This document shows positions 54,900 to 63,384 of a stretch of 64,000 bases of DNA, piece by piece. The notes beneath the pieces are model-generated. The model saw only the letters and a list, made by a program, of their open reading frames with translations, had not been told where the DNA came from and searched no databases. The first letter of the stretch is position 1. Each line of letters starts with the position of its first letter. A program made the translations under genes and the position numbers. This DNA comes from an uncultured Nitrospiraceae bacterium (GTDB taxonomy: Bacteria; Nitrospirota; Nitrospiria; Nitrospirales; Nitrospiraceae), in NCBI GenBank assembly GCA_963730935.1, contig CAVSTP010000002.1, positions 576,001 to 640,000 on the forward strand, given 5' to 3'.

Positions 54900-56083
54900 C
54901 GAAGCCGCTAGTGGAGCATCGTACGCCAAGTCTTGAAACCAGGAAACAAGCATAGGCCGCATATCGAGCAATACGACTCCTTACGACTTCGATCTCGCTC
55001 CATCCGATCAAAGGCTCCCATATGCATATCGGTTGCGTTAGAGCCGACCAAAATGCGTAATGCAGGTCCTGTACTGATTACTGCCTTTTATTGCCGCCAA
55101 GTTCCGTAATGCTTAACTTCTGGGTTTAGTAAACACACTCTGCATATTGATCGTGGTGTGCAATGACCGGTCAGTCATTGCACATGGGAACCGACCTGCG
55201 GTTTACCAAATTCCGAGAATCCAACCTCAGACAACCTAACCCCCCACAAGAAACCACAAACCAGGTAGCTCCTGAGATGGGTACATATGGGCGTAAGTCG
55301 TCCTATCGTGGTAGCAGCGTGGTGGCAGATCAAGACTCTAAAGGTTCAATTTCCCAACGGGATTTTCCAAAGAGGAACTAATCCCCTAGCCTTCCAAATT
55401 GACGTGAAAGCCTTGGCAGGGATCGATTAGCCTTACCGCCTCTTTCTATTCTGGCGTGGTCCGATCAGCGAGGCGATGAACATACTCAATGCTGAACAAT
55501 AAACTCGCCAAGTCATATTTCCTCCCATTGTTGCTAGTAGCAGTCTCTCGGTCTATTTCCACCACTGTTCGCATTCGCCTTTGTTAACTGTTTCGGTGCA
55601 GAGGTCAATCAGAGCCCTAAGCCCAACTCAAATCGCAATCTATTTCCATCTGCAAATGCCCCATCCAGAACCGTCAGACAATCCTGAAAAATGGGCTGCT
55701 TTTCCACCAGGGCAGGAACACTTTCTATTCTCGTCATTGCGAAGCCCCATTCCCGTTCCCACTCATCGGCAGTCCATCTGGATCGCTTTCTGACGATTAT
55801 GCGCCTTTTTCTCATCATTGCCCTGCTCGATGGGTACAGGCTTGGACGTGATCTTAGTGTACACGCGGCCTATCCTGGTTATACTTTTTTCGCTCTTTCT
55901 GATTTTTCCGGCAGCCGTGTCCCAGCCTTCACCTGACTTGCAGTCGGCCACGCAACTACCTCCTGGGCGCAAGGGTGATGCGGTCGCTTCATCTTTCCCC
56001 CATCTTTCTGGATCAAACACTCAAAGCTTGCTATTCTCTCGAAGGAGGAATCGCATGACAAAAGAGCATTCGAAACCGCTCAT

Positions 56084-56293
56084 ATGACCAAGATTCTCGT
56101 CATAGTTGAAGACCGGGACCTATTAGCTGCTGTCTTGGACGAAAGAGGGTATGAAGTTATATTGGCAGAGAATGGTGGAACAGGGCTGATGTTATGTCAC
56201 CGGCAACCTCCTGATGCTGTCGTGTTGGACCTCCGCATGCCTGAACTGGACGGTCGCAGCGTACTGCAGCAATTGCGGAGACTATACACATGA
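56084..56293 (+). pseudogene. Truncated receiver domain (N-terminal half only)
   Basis: KILVIVED, GYEVILAENG and PDAVVLDLRMPELDG; it ends before the conserved Thr and Lys. Confidence 0.7.
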
Positions 56294-56670
56294 AGCCGAT
56301 GAGCATGTATCGAACAAACAAGCCGGTTCAAAAACTCATCACCGGCTACCGTCCCGTCGTCCGCGCCCGCGAAGGACGGATGTTCGGTATGCGCCAGCCG
56401 CTCGATGGACCAATCTTCGAAACGCTAGAGGATGCGCGCAATTGGTGCATCCATGCCCTGATCAGTCACTATGATCGAAGGCTCGGGATGTCGGATGCGA
56501 CGATAGAACCGTTCAAGGGCATGGTGTACTGTGGTGGCCCCCCCTCAGACCCCGCCCAGCTTCGGGACATCGAGCGGATCTGTGAACAGGCGGCGAGGGA
56601 GCGCATAAGGGAGAAGAATCGTCATCAGCCGGTCGATTCGACGGATGGGTCAAGTTTTCTAAACCGGTGA
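56290..56670 (+). CDS. Hypothetical protein
   Basis: 126-aa ATG ORF with GGAG upstream; no recognisable family. Confidence 0.45.
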   Translation: MKPMSMYRTNKPVQKLITGYRPVVRAREGRMFGMRQPLDGPIFETLEDARNWCIHALISHYDRRLGMSDATIEPFKGMVYCGGPPSDPAQLRDIERICEQAARERIREKNRHQPVDSTDGSSFLNR

Positions 56671-56957
56671 ACCGCAACTGCCGACATCACTGATAGGAAA
56701 GCAGCCGTAAACAAAAACTTTAAAAGGGCTCGTGCGGCACTTGTCTTGTTTCGAAGCTCTCGCTCAACAAAGCGTTGCGTTCTAGTGTGTGCATAACACT
56801 CGGCTTCATCCTTAGTGCTAAAAGCTTTCTTATCTGGGATGATGGCATAACGCTGTCCATCTTTTTGGACCACAATCTTCTCAATGTGCCACCGTCCATA
56901 AATATCATCCCCTAGTATGTTCTTGACTCGAACCACCGGCATTCCTCTCAATAGCAC
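56625..56957 (-). CDS. Hypothetical protein with a C-terminal hydrophobic segment
   Basis: 110-aa ORF; FSTKDEAE..A motif; no family. Confidence 0.4.
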   Translation of the reverse strand: MLLRGMPVVRVKNILGDDIYGRWHIEKIVVQKDGQRYAIIPDKKAFSTKDEAECYAHTRTQRFVERELRNKTSAARALLKFLFTAAFLSVMSAVAVHRFRKLDPSVESTG

Positions 56958-57516
56958 GCACCAGATTCCGATTTAGAAAAACTCCAGATGAGCGTCTGAA
57001 CTCCTAGGCTGCCTCCGCAAAGCGTTCTGCATTCTCATCAAACTGCCGTTGGCACGCGACTCTACAGAAGGTTGTTCTGCTCAGCTGATTCTATGTGCTC
57101 AGCGGTGTATGGACTGCTAGCACATTCCCTTGCTGCTGCAGAAATTAAGTTGTCTCCCCACGAGCAGTGTTTTGGGCATAGCGCGTGCATCGTAAATCTT
57201 CTTAAAACCGTCTACTCATCTGCAAGTCATAATAAGTGAGGAATGGGCTTCCATGAATAGCCCAAATTGCTCCGCTCTGGGAAAGAGTCCCGCCCAAGCT
57301 TTACGGAGCAACAGAACAATATGTCGTATCTGACTGAAGAACTCGTGCCGCAAAATCATGAGGTTACCCTCGATGCCATCGGAGACTCACTCAACCATTC
57401 ACTAACGTGAACATCGCCAGTCTGCAAGCAGGGATATGCCGCTTAGATTGGACAATCTGTCGGGGAGTGGAACATTTGTCTGTCGGATGTAGTCAAGGAC
57501 ACTTAAGGAGGCCCAT

Positions 57517-57888
57517 ATGAAATTGAGATGGCCATTGGTAGCAAGTCTGTTTTTCCTATGCATGCTGTTCGACTCGCCACTGCCTTCTCTCGCAGACTCC
57601 TTGGATAAAGCCGCCATCAAAACCGAAAAACAGAAAATGGAAATGGAGCGGGAGGCCCAAACAAAGCGGCATGAAATGGAACGGGAGGCGCAGAAGGACA
57701 AACATGCAAGGGAGCGCCAGGAGCGTAAACAAGGCGAAGACTTGATGGGGGAAGCAGAGAAACTCCAGCAGGAGCAGCGCAAACACAAAGAAGGGATGGC
57801 GCGGGAAGAAGAGAAACACCAAAAGGAAATGGCCCGCGAGGAAAGGAAACACCGAGAGGAAATGGAACGAGGCGGACAGAGTAATTGA
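57517..57888 (+). CDS. Secreted, highly charged coiled-coil protein
   Basis: RBS aaggagg; signal peptide; repeated EMEREAQK/EMAREE-KH units. Confidence 0.7.
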   Translation: MKLRWPLVASLFFLCMLFDSPLPSLADSLDKAAIKTEKQKMEMEREAQTKRHEMEREAQKDKHARERQERKQGEDLMGEAEKLQQEQRKHKEGMAREEEKHQKEMAREERKHREEMERGGQSN

Positions 57889-58020
57889 TGCCGAGCGATC
57901 TCAGATCATTGCTTTTACTACCCCTGCTCCGCCGAATAGTCCGGTCGCAATTGGATCAACAAGGTCAATTCCCAGTCTCTCATCTAGGTCAGTGAATGAA
58001 CATCAATATAAGGAGGTAAT

Positions 58021-58395
58021 ATGTGGGCCATTTTCTTGGTTAGCCTGAGCGTCGTCTTCATGGGACCCTCAATAGGATCAGCAGTGGACCTTCAAGTAGT
58101 AGATAAGAATTGTTGGATCGAGATTTTCGATGACGACGAATATGATGAGGACGATCCGCATGTCAAGATCCAAGGGCCCGCAGAGTACGCCACTTTGAAA
58201 GATGTCTTTGGGCGCAATTGGAGCAATGACATTGAAAGCGTGATTGTGGGCACCAATGCGACCGTGAAGGCCTGGATGAATAAAGACTTTGCGGGGCCGG
58301 AAATTACCTTTACCCCCGGACAACGCGTGCCAAAACTTTCGAAATTCAAGATGTCCAATAACATTGAATCCATGAAAATCACCTGTGGACCTTAA
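58021..58395 (+). CDS. Secreted beta/gamma-crystallin domain protein
   Basis: RBS aaggagg; signal peptide; CWIEIFDD, WSNDIESVIVG and MSNNIESMKI. Confidence 0.8.
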   Translation: MWAIFLVSLSVVFMGPSIGSAVDLQVVDKNCWIEIFDDDEYDEDDPHVKIQGPAEYATLKDVFGRNWSNDIESVIVGTNATVKAWMNKDFAGPEITFTPGQRVPKLSKFKMSNNIESMKITCGP

Positions 58396-58446
58396 CCGGC
58401 GAGTCGGCTACCAGTCGGGTATTAACATTGCTGAATCCAAGAGGAG

Positions 58447-58481
58447 GAGCCCGCTCACCGAAAGGGAGGCGGCTCTTTTTC
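58447..58481 (+). terminator. Putative rho-independent terminator after the crystallin gene
   Basis: Imperfect GC stem gagcc...ggctc followed by ttttt. Confidence 0.45.
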
Positions 58482-58490
58482 TACCGCTTT

Positions 58491-58559
58491 AGTCGTATTC
58501 GACATTGACCATCTGTGCGAAGAGTGCCACGAACAAGCGGCTCGCATTTGTCAAGGTTC
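58491..58559 (+). repeat. Second copy of the 69-bp segment of the Cys-rich microprotein gene
   Basis: Matches 52758..52826. Confidence 0.9.
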
Positions 58560-58702
58560 CAAGATCAACATGAGTGGTCAAAAGTGGACATATAGTCATA
58601 GGTACGAGGGCGCATACTCTTACTACACATTCCCACACACACCTGCCGACGGCCTCCTGGAAGGCCCGACCGCCGACATCTTGTGAGAAAGGCGGTCGCC
58701 CT

Positions 58703-59038
58703 ATGTCGAACAATCCTATCTTCCGTCCTCTACGTATGGGACAACGGAGTGTTCAATTCTATAAACACGTCTGCGTTTTCGAGTTGGAACGTAAAGGCGG
58801 TATGTTCACCGCAGAGGTAGTTTGTACGGTGTGCGGTGCCTACCTCTCCTCTCAGCAGGATCGGCCACCAGGCACAAGACAAGGCCGCACAGGGACCGTG
58901 AGAATCGGCGAAATCTCTAACTTCGGCTCTTCTACTGATTGCGAAAAAGCGGGGGCTTCCGAAGTCGTGGACAAGAAGAACGCCGTGGCTGAAGTAACAT
59001 CGACGGTAAGCCCGCAGACAGGCAAGAGAAAGGGGTAG
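58703..59038 (+). CDS. Chimeric-looking ORF: Zn-ribbon-like N-terminus plus a receiver-tail fragment
   Basis: KHVCVFE...TAEVVCTVCG resembles 50933..51133; KAGASEVVDKK resembles the C-terminus of 52259..52687; the stop codon lies inside the IS inverted repeat. Confidence 0.4.
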   Translation: MSNNPIFRPLRMGQRSVQFYKHVCVFELERKGGMFTAEVVCTVCGAYLSSQQDRPPGTRQGRTGTVRIGEISNFGSSTDCEKAGASEVVDKKNAVAEVTSTVSPQTGKRKG

Positions 59039-59398
59039 TGGGTCAGTTTGATGTCGTGAATGGCTGAACGTTTTGCATGAGGGAGTTTAGGCGGCTTTAT
59101 GGGCGATTTCAGTTCTTTTTTTGGCGGATAGCTTTTTCGCCCTTGCTTTTCCGCCCTTGAGTCCTCCTAGCCGTCCAAGGGTTACGGCAGGGTTCCTCTC
59201 GGGCTGGCCAGACTCCCCATCCATCATAACGGAACGAGCTAGGCGGGGCTTATTTTCCTCCTTCGTCACTTCTCGCAGAATCTCGAAATCCGTTACGTTC
59301 ACATCGGTGGATTTCTTCTTTTTAGCCATGCGGTCACTATACATGACCTCTTAAGCACGTGACTGTGCTATATCGACCTTTCAAACTGACCCACTACC
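59034..59398. mobile_element. 365-bp non-autonomous IS1-like element with perfect 18-bp terminal inverted repeats
   Basis: ggtagtgggtcagtttga (59034-59051) and tcaaactgacccactacc (59381-59398); no transposase inside; no target duplication seen. Confidence 0.8.
59087..59329 (-). CDS. Small basic IS-associated passenger protein (NPAVTLGRLGGLKGGKARA type)
   Basis: MAKKKKSTDVN...NPAVTLGRLGGLKGGKARAKKLSAKKRTEIA; lies wholly between the inverted repeats. Confidence 0.75.
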   Translation of the reverse strand: MAKKKKSTDVNVTDFEILREVTKEENKPRLARSVMMDGESGQPERNPAVTLGRLGGLKGGKARAKKLSAKKRTEIAHKAA

Positions 59399-59430
59399 AG
59401 ACCGGCGGCGTGTCGCCAGAAGGCATTCCG

Positions 59431-59661
59431 ATGGCCGACAACAAGACTGACCCGCGCCAATGGACATCAGAGAAGCCGACGAAGTCAGGGTTTTATTACT
59501 ATCGTCAATCGAACGATGAAGAACCTATTGTCTTAAAGGTGGAGTTACTAGATGACCGGAAGGGTCCTATTAGCGTGGTATGGCTACCTGGCGATAATGC
59601 CCCGGAACCACTTGAACAATGTCACGGTGACTGGGCTGGCCCGATCGAGCCGCCGGTATGA
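59431..59661 (+). CDS. Small hypothetical protein, phage-like
   Basis: WTSEKPTKSGFYYYR...WAGPIEPP motif pattern. Confidence 0.55.
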   Translation: MADNKTDPRQWTSEKPTKSGFYYYRQSNDEEPIVLKVELLDDRKGPISVVWLPGDNAPEPLEQCHGDWAGPIEPPV

Positions 59662-59817
59662 TTGCGCCTATTCGCAGTCGCAAACGCAAAATGATGCTGA
59701 TCTCTTCATCGAGGTCAACGCTTAACTGAATCGCCGGGACAGTCATTAGCTGGGTGATAGCCTGCTTCCTCGGCGTCCTCAACCACCACCGGAAGAAACC
59801 ATCCTTTCTCCTTCTAT

Positions 59818-60297
59818 CTATCCGTACGTCGCCGCGAAATCCGCATCCGTCATCGTGAGGTACATAATCCCCTCAATTAACGAAGCAATGAGAGGAATTA
59901 AGGTCCAACAGAACAGCAAGTAGAAGATACCCATTCCAACTTTGCCAAGGTAGAATTTATGAGCGCCAATGCCTCCGAGGAGCAAAGCGAACAATGCCGC
60001 CGTCAAGCGATTGCGGCCAGAAGGTGACATAACGGCTTGACGGACGCCGCACTTGGGGCAGATTTCTGCTTTGGCAAGGATGAGACTCCCGCATTCCTGA
60101 CAGTACTTCTCGTCTGATCCTTTGATTCTTGGCTCACTCAGTTCTGTAGAAAGTGGCATATAGGCACTATCCTCTGATTCTACGGATGATCCTATTTGGC
60201 GAAGGGGAAAGTCTGGTGGGCTCGTCTCCTTTGGCAGAAACAGTGAAATTGTTCCGGCGAGGCCGACAAAGATCAAAACTAAAAGGAATAATTCCAT
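59818..60297 (-). CDS. TM2 domain protein with a zinc ribbon
   Basis: KYCQECG...AEICPKCGVRQ; AALFALLLGGIGAHKFYLGK.GMGIFYLLFCWT. Confidence 0.9.
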   Translation of the reverse strand: MELFLLVLIFVGLAGTISLFLPKETSPPDFPLRQIGSSVESEDSAYMPLSTELSEPRIKGSDEKYCQECGSLILAKAEICPKCGVRQAVMSPSGRNRLTAALFALLLGGIGAHKFYLGKVGMGIFYLLFCWTLIPLIASLIEGIMYLTMTDADFAATYG

Positions 60298-60571
60298 TCA
60301 CGTTTGTGTCCTTCGTTGCCATCCGCCTCATTCAGTTGTGTCAAGTGTGTATGAAGGGGTCTGTGGCGTTCTGGTCACAATCGCTCACATGAGAAAATAA
60401 TCCGGGGTCCCTGCTGGAGACGTGTCTCGGCTCTTCTAGGATGTGGCGCCTCGGTGCGGCAACGGCGCATTGAAGGAATTATGAATTTCATGTGCTGTTT
60501 TGAGCGGTTGCCCGTTCCCTGGTTCGGCGCATCGTAATGGGCCAGGAACGAGGGAGGCTGTGCCAGACAAT

Positions 60572-60608
60572 AAAAGGCCCGACTTCGGTGGGCGCGGAGT
60601 CGAGCCCT
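60572..60608 (-). terminator. Putative rho-independent terminator after the Gfo/Idh/MocA gene
   Basis: Minus strand ggctcgactccg...cgaagtcgggcc followed by tttt, ~30 bp past the stop. Confidence 0.55.
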
Positions 60609-60636
60609 ACTTGTGAGTGGGTGCACCGATCACGAG

Positions 60637-61764
60637 CTATAAAGATGGGGATTGAGTATGCACGAGCGCGGGCTTACGAACGGGCGGCCGATGGATTACT
60701 TGTCGTTTGGTGGGCCAAGAACGTTTAGCAGGAAGGTTTAGCTTGACCAACTTTCGCTGCGCGGATGAGCGATAGAGCGCCTGAATAATCTGCACATCAA
60801 TTGAACCCTCTACACCTGACGGTTCCGGGTTTTTATTACGGCGGATACAATCGGAAAAATAGATGAGCTCTGCGGCGAATTGATCACCAGCAGGAAATCG
60901 TTTGGTCCGGGTATGTCCATTCAGAGTAACGCGCTGCATTAGAGGCCCCACATACTCGTACGCGGGGTTGAGTTGCAGGTGCCCTTTGGTGCCAATCAGC
61001 TCATACGAGGAAACATCGGCCGCGCCAAAACTGCAGATGAAACTCGCGAGCCTCCCATCGGGGAAGTACAGGAGTGCACCCGACATTTCGTCCACTTCGC
61101 GAAAGCGACGGTCTGTCCCCTTCACGGAGAAAGCGCTTACTGCGCTGGGATTCTTCTGAAATAGATAACGGGCCGCGTTGATACAATATATCCCAATGTC
61201 ATAGAGTGAACCACCTCCCATCTTGCGTTTCACTCGTATATCCCCTTCGCGGACCTGCATGGCAAACGTAGAATTAAACATTCGCAGTTTACCAAGCTGT
61301 CCGGACCGGGCGAGTTCCACGGCGTTGACATTTGCCTCTTCCAAATGCAGCCGATAGGCGATCATTAATTTTGTTCCCGCACGCTCGGAAGCACGAACCA
61401 TGTGTCTGCATTCCTGTTCGTTCAGTGCCATGGGCTTTTCGCAAAGAACATGAATGCCGGCTTTGGCAGCCCGGGTCGTATAATCGCAGTGCATGCTGTT
61501 CGGCAGGGCGACATATACTGCATCAATATGTCCGTCCCGCAAGCATTGATCATATTGCGCATATGAATAGGTGTACGGAACCCGATAGCGCTGGCTAAGC
61601 GTCTTCAACTTCTGAGGGTCACCCGAGACCAACGCGGTAAGTTGGGAGTTAGAGGATGCATGGGCGAATGCGGGTAACACTGCCACCTGAGCGATGTGTC
61701 CCAATCCAACAACGGCATAACGGATAGGTTTTCGTTGGTGCACCCCCTTCCCTCTCTTATGCAT
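60637..61764 (-). CDS. Gfo/Idh/MocA family oxidoreductase (glucose-fructose oxidoreductase-like)
   Basis: IRYAVVGLG, DAVYVALPNSMH, HVLCEKPMA, LMIAYRL and GGGSLYDIGIYCINAARYL. Confidence 0.92.
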   Translation of the reverse strand: MHKRGKGVHQRKPIRYAVVGLGHIAQVAVLPAFAHASSNSQLTALVSGDPQKLKTLSQRYRVPYTYSYAQYDQCLRDGHIDAVYVALPNSMHCDYTTRAAKAGIHVLCEKPMALNEQECRHMVRASERAGTKLMIAYRLHLEEANVNAVELARSGQLGKLRMFNSTFAMQVREGDIRVKRKMGGGSLYDIGIYCINAARYLFQKNPSAVSAFSVKGTDRRFREVDEMSGALLYFPDGRLASFICSFGAADVSSYELIGTKGHLQLNPAYEYVGPLMQRVTLNGHTRTKRFPAGDQFAAELIYFSDCIRRNKNPEPSGVEGSIDVQIIQALYRSSAQRKLVKLNLPAKRSWPTKRQVIHRPPVRKPALVHTQSPSL

Positions 61765-61835
61765 AGCAGGATTCAGTGTGACAAAATCTATGGTCCCAAG
61801 GCAGACGTTTAGCTAGACAGGCCTATGACACACCG

Positions 61836-62021
61836 TCATGTCCTTCGTCCGAACAATTTTTCTCCCGCGACCATGCCCAGGATCAGTGTCACGACGCAAA
61901 TCCCCAAGAAGATAAAGAACAGCACCTTTCCGATGCCTGCGGCGTCATCGGCGATGCCCCCATATCCGAGGGCCGCAGCAATAAGGGAAATGACGAAAAA
62001 AATAACGGACCACTTAAGCAT
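61836..62021 (-). CDS. DUF1328 (YtjA/UPF0391) small membrane protein
   Basis: MLKWSVIFFVISLIAAALGYGGIA..AAGIGKVLFFIFL. Confidence 0.9.
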   Translation of the reverse strand: MLKWSVIFFVISLIAAALGYGGIADDAAGIGKVLFFIFLGICVVTLILGMVAGEKLFGRRT

Positions 62022-62147
62022 GGTTTTTCCCCTTTCTCAATTCAGCCGCCGCTTCTTTATGTAAGCGGCTACAGCCGGCTAGGATGGAACGTCTTCCAGA
62101 ACGACATGCTCTCCAATTATCTGCATAATCAAGACCGAATTGCAGAC

Positions 62148-62161
62148 TAGGAATACTCCTA
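62148..62161. promoter_or_regulatory. Palindromic TAGGA-ATAC-TCCTA box between the divergent DUF1328 and DUF3309 genes
   Basis: Perfect 5-bp-arm palindrome resembling the RcsAB box; related sites at 44341-44354 and 62224-62237. Confidence 0.45.
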
Positions 62162-62302
62162 ACTGCTAGGCATTAATCGGGGGCTCCGGGTGGAGGGCCT
62201 AGTGATTCCGTGGCAGGGAATGTCAGGGATACACCTAGTATAAGTTAGCCATAAACGCTGCGAATAATCATTCTAGGTGGGAACATTTACGGGGAGGATT
62301 TT

Positions 62303-62461
62303 ATGTCGACCATACTGTTCATCGTGCTCATCGTGCTACTTCTTGGAGCATTGCCGACATGGCCTTATAGCGCTAGTTGGGGATATTACCCGAGCGGTTT
62401 GCTGGGTCTGGTGCTTCTCATTGTGGTGATCATGCTTTTGACTGGACGTCTGCCTGCTTAG
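62303..62461 (+). CDS. DUF3309 family small membrane protein (not in the ORF track)
   Basis: RBS ggagg; MSTILFIVLIVLLLGALPTWPYSASWGYYPSGLLGLVLLIVVIMLLTGRLPA*. Confidence 0.9.
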   Translation: MSTILFIVLIVLLLGALPTWPYSASWGYYPSGLLGLVLLIVVIMLLTGRLPA

Positions 62462-62712
62462 CAGACGGCCACACTGAGAAGTAGAAACTTCAGCGACTGA
62501 CGGCTGACCTTGGACAGCATCTAACAGAAATCACATGTTGGCATGATCAAAGGGTATGACATGAAAATTCGTCTTGCCCTCTGATTTGCACGAGAAAAGA
62601 AGAGCGTTGTCAGTCAACCGGCGAAAGACCTTTATCAATATCTCTACGGTCCAGACCAGCAAGCCCCTTCATCAAGGTACACAGATTAGGACGGCTGCCA
62701 TTGAGGTAGCCG

Positions 62713-63384
62713 ATGCACATGCGGCGGTTTCTCTACGAAAATGGTCTTTTACTCATTATGTTTGGACTCTTCCTGGTTTTCCTTGCCGGGCAAAGTATGG
62801 CCGGTTGGCTCGTTTACAATGCCGATCAACAGGAGCACCAGCAGCCTGCTATACCGTATAGTACTTATCTGCAAAGCAGTCACTTCTTGGAAGCCGTCTT
62901 CGAAAACTGGGAAAGCGAGTTTCTGCAGATGGGCGCGTATGTAATTCTCACGGTTTTGCTTCGACAAAAAGGGTCACCAGAGTCCAGGCCACTTGATACT
63001 AAAGGTACCGGAGAAGACAGTGTTGCGGCTGCCAGACGGCGTGCCAATAGCCCATGGGCAGCACGGCAACATGGATGGATACGGAAACTCTACGAGTATT
63101 CTCTTACGCTCGCCCTTCTCTTCCTTTTCATTCTTTCTTTCATTCTCCATGCCGTATCTGGCCAACATGTCTTCAATGAGGAGCAAGCACTTCATGGGGG
63201 GTACGCAGTCACCACAAGCGGTTACGTCATGACCTCACAATTTTGGTTCGAGTCACTCCAGAATTGGCAGAGCGAGTTTCTATCGGTTGGTGTTCTGATT
63301 CTTTTATCCATTTTTCTGCGTCAGAAAGGATCGCCACAATCCAAACCAGTTAGCCATCCACATGGCGAGACAGGTCAAGAGTAG
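62713..63384 (+). CDS. DUF6766 family membrane protein
   Basis: Duplicated FENWESEFLQ / LQNWQSEFL and LRQKGSP(E/Q)S motifs. Confidence 0.85.
   Translation: MHMRRFLYENGLLLIMFGLFLVFLAGQSMAGWLVYNADQQEHQQPAIPYSTYLQSSHFLEAVFENWESEFLQMGAYVILTVLLRQKGSPESRPLDTKGTGEDSVAAARRRANSPWAARQHGWIRKLYEYSLTLALLFLFILSFILHAVSGQHVFNEEQALHGGYAVTTSGYVMTSQFWFESLQNWQSEFLSVGVLILLSIFLRQKGSPQSKPVSHPHGETGQE

Noticed and set aside
55380..56087. ORFs 55581, 55609, 55691, 55763, 55818 and 55879
   Set aside because: Overlapping on both strands with no coherent product; probably decayed sequence.
57048..57066. TTGGCACG as a sigma54 promoter (similar cases at ~33514, ~36510 and ~63808)
   Set aside because: The -12 GC is missing at the required GG-N10-GC spacing.
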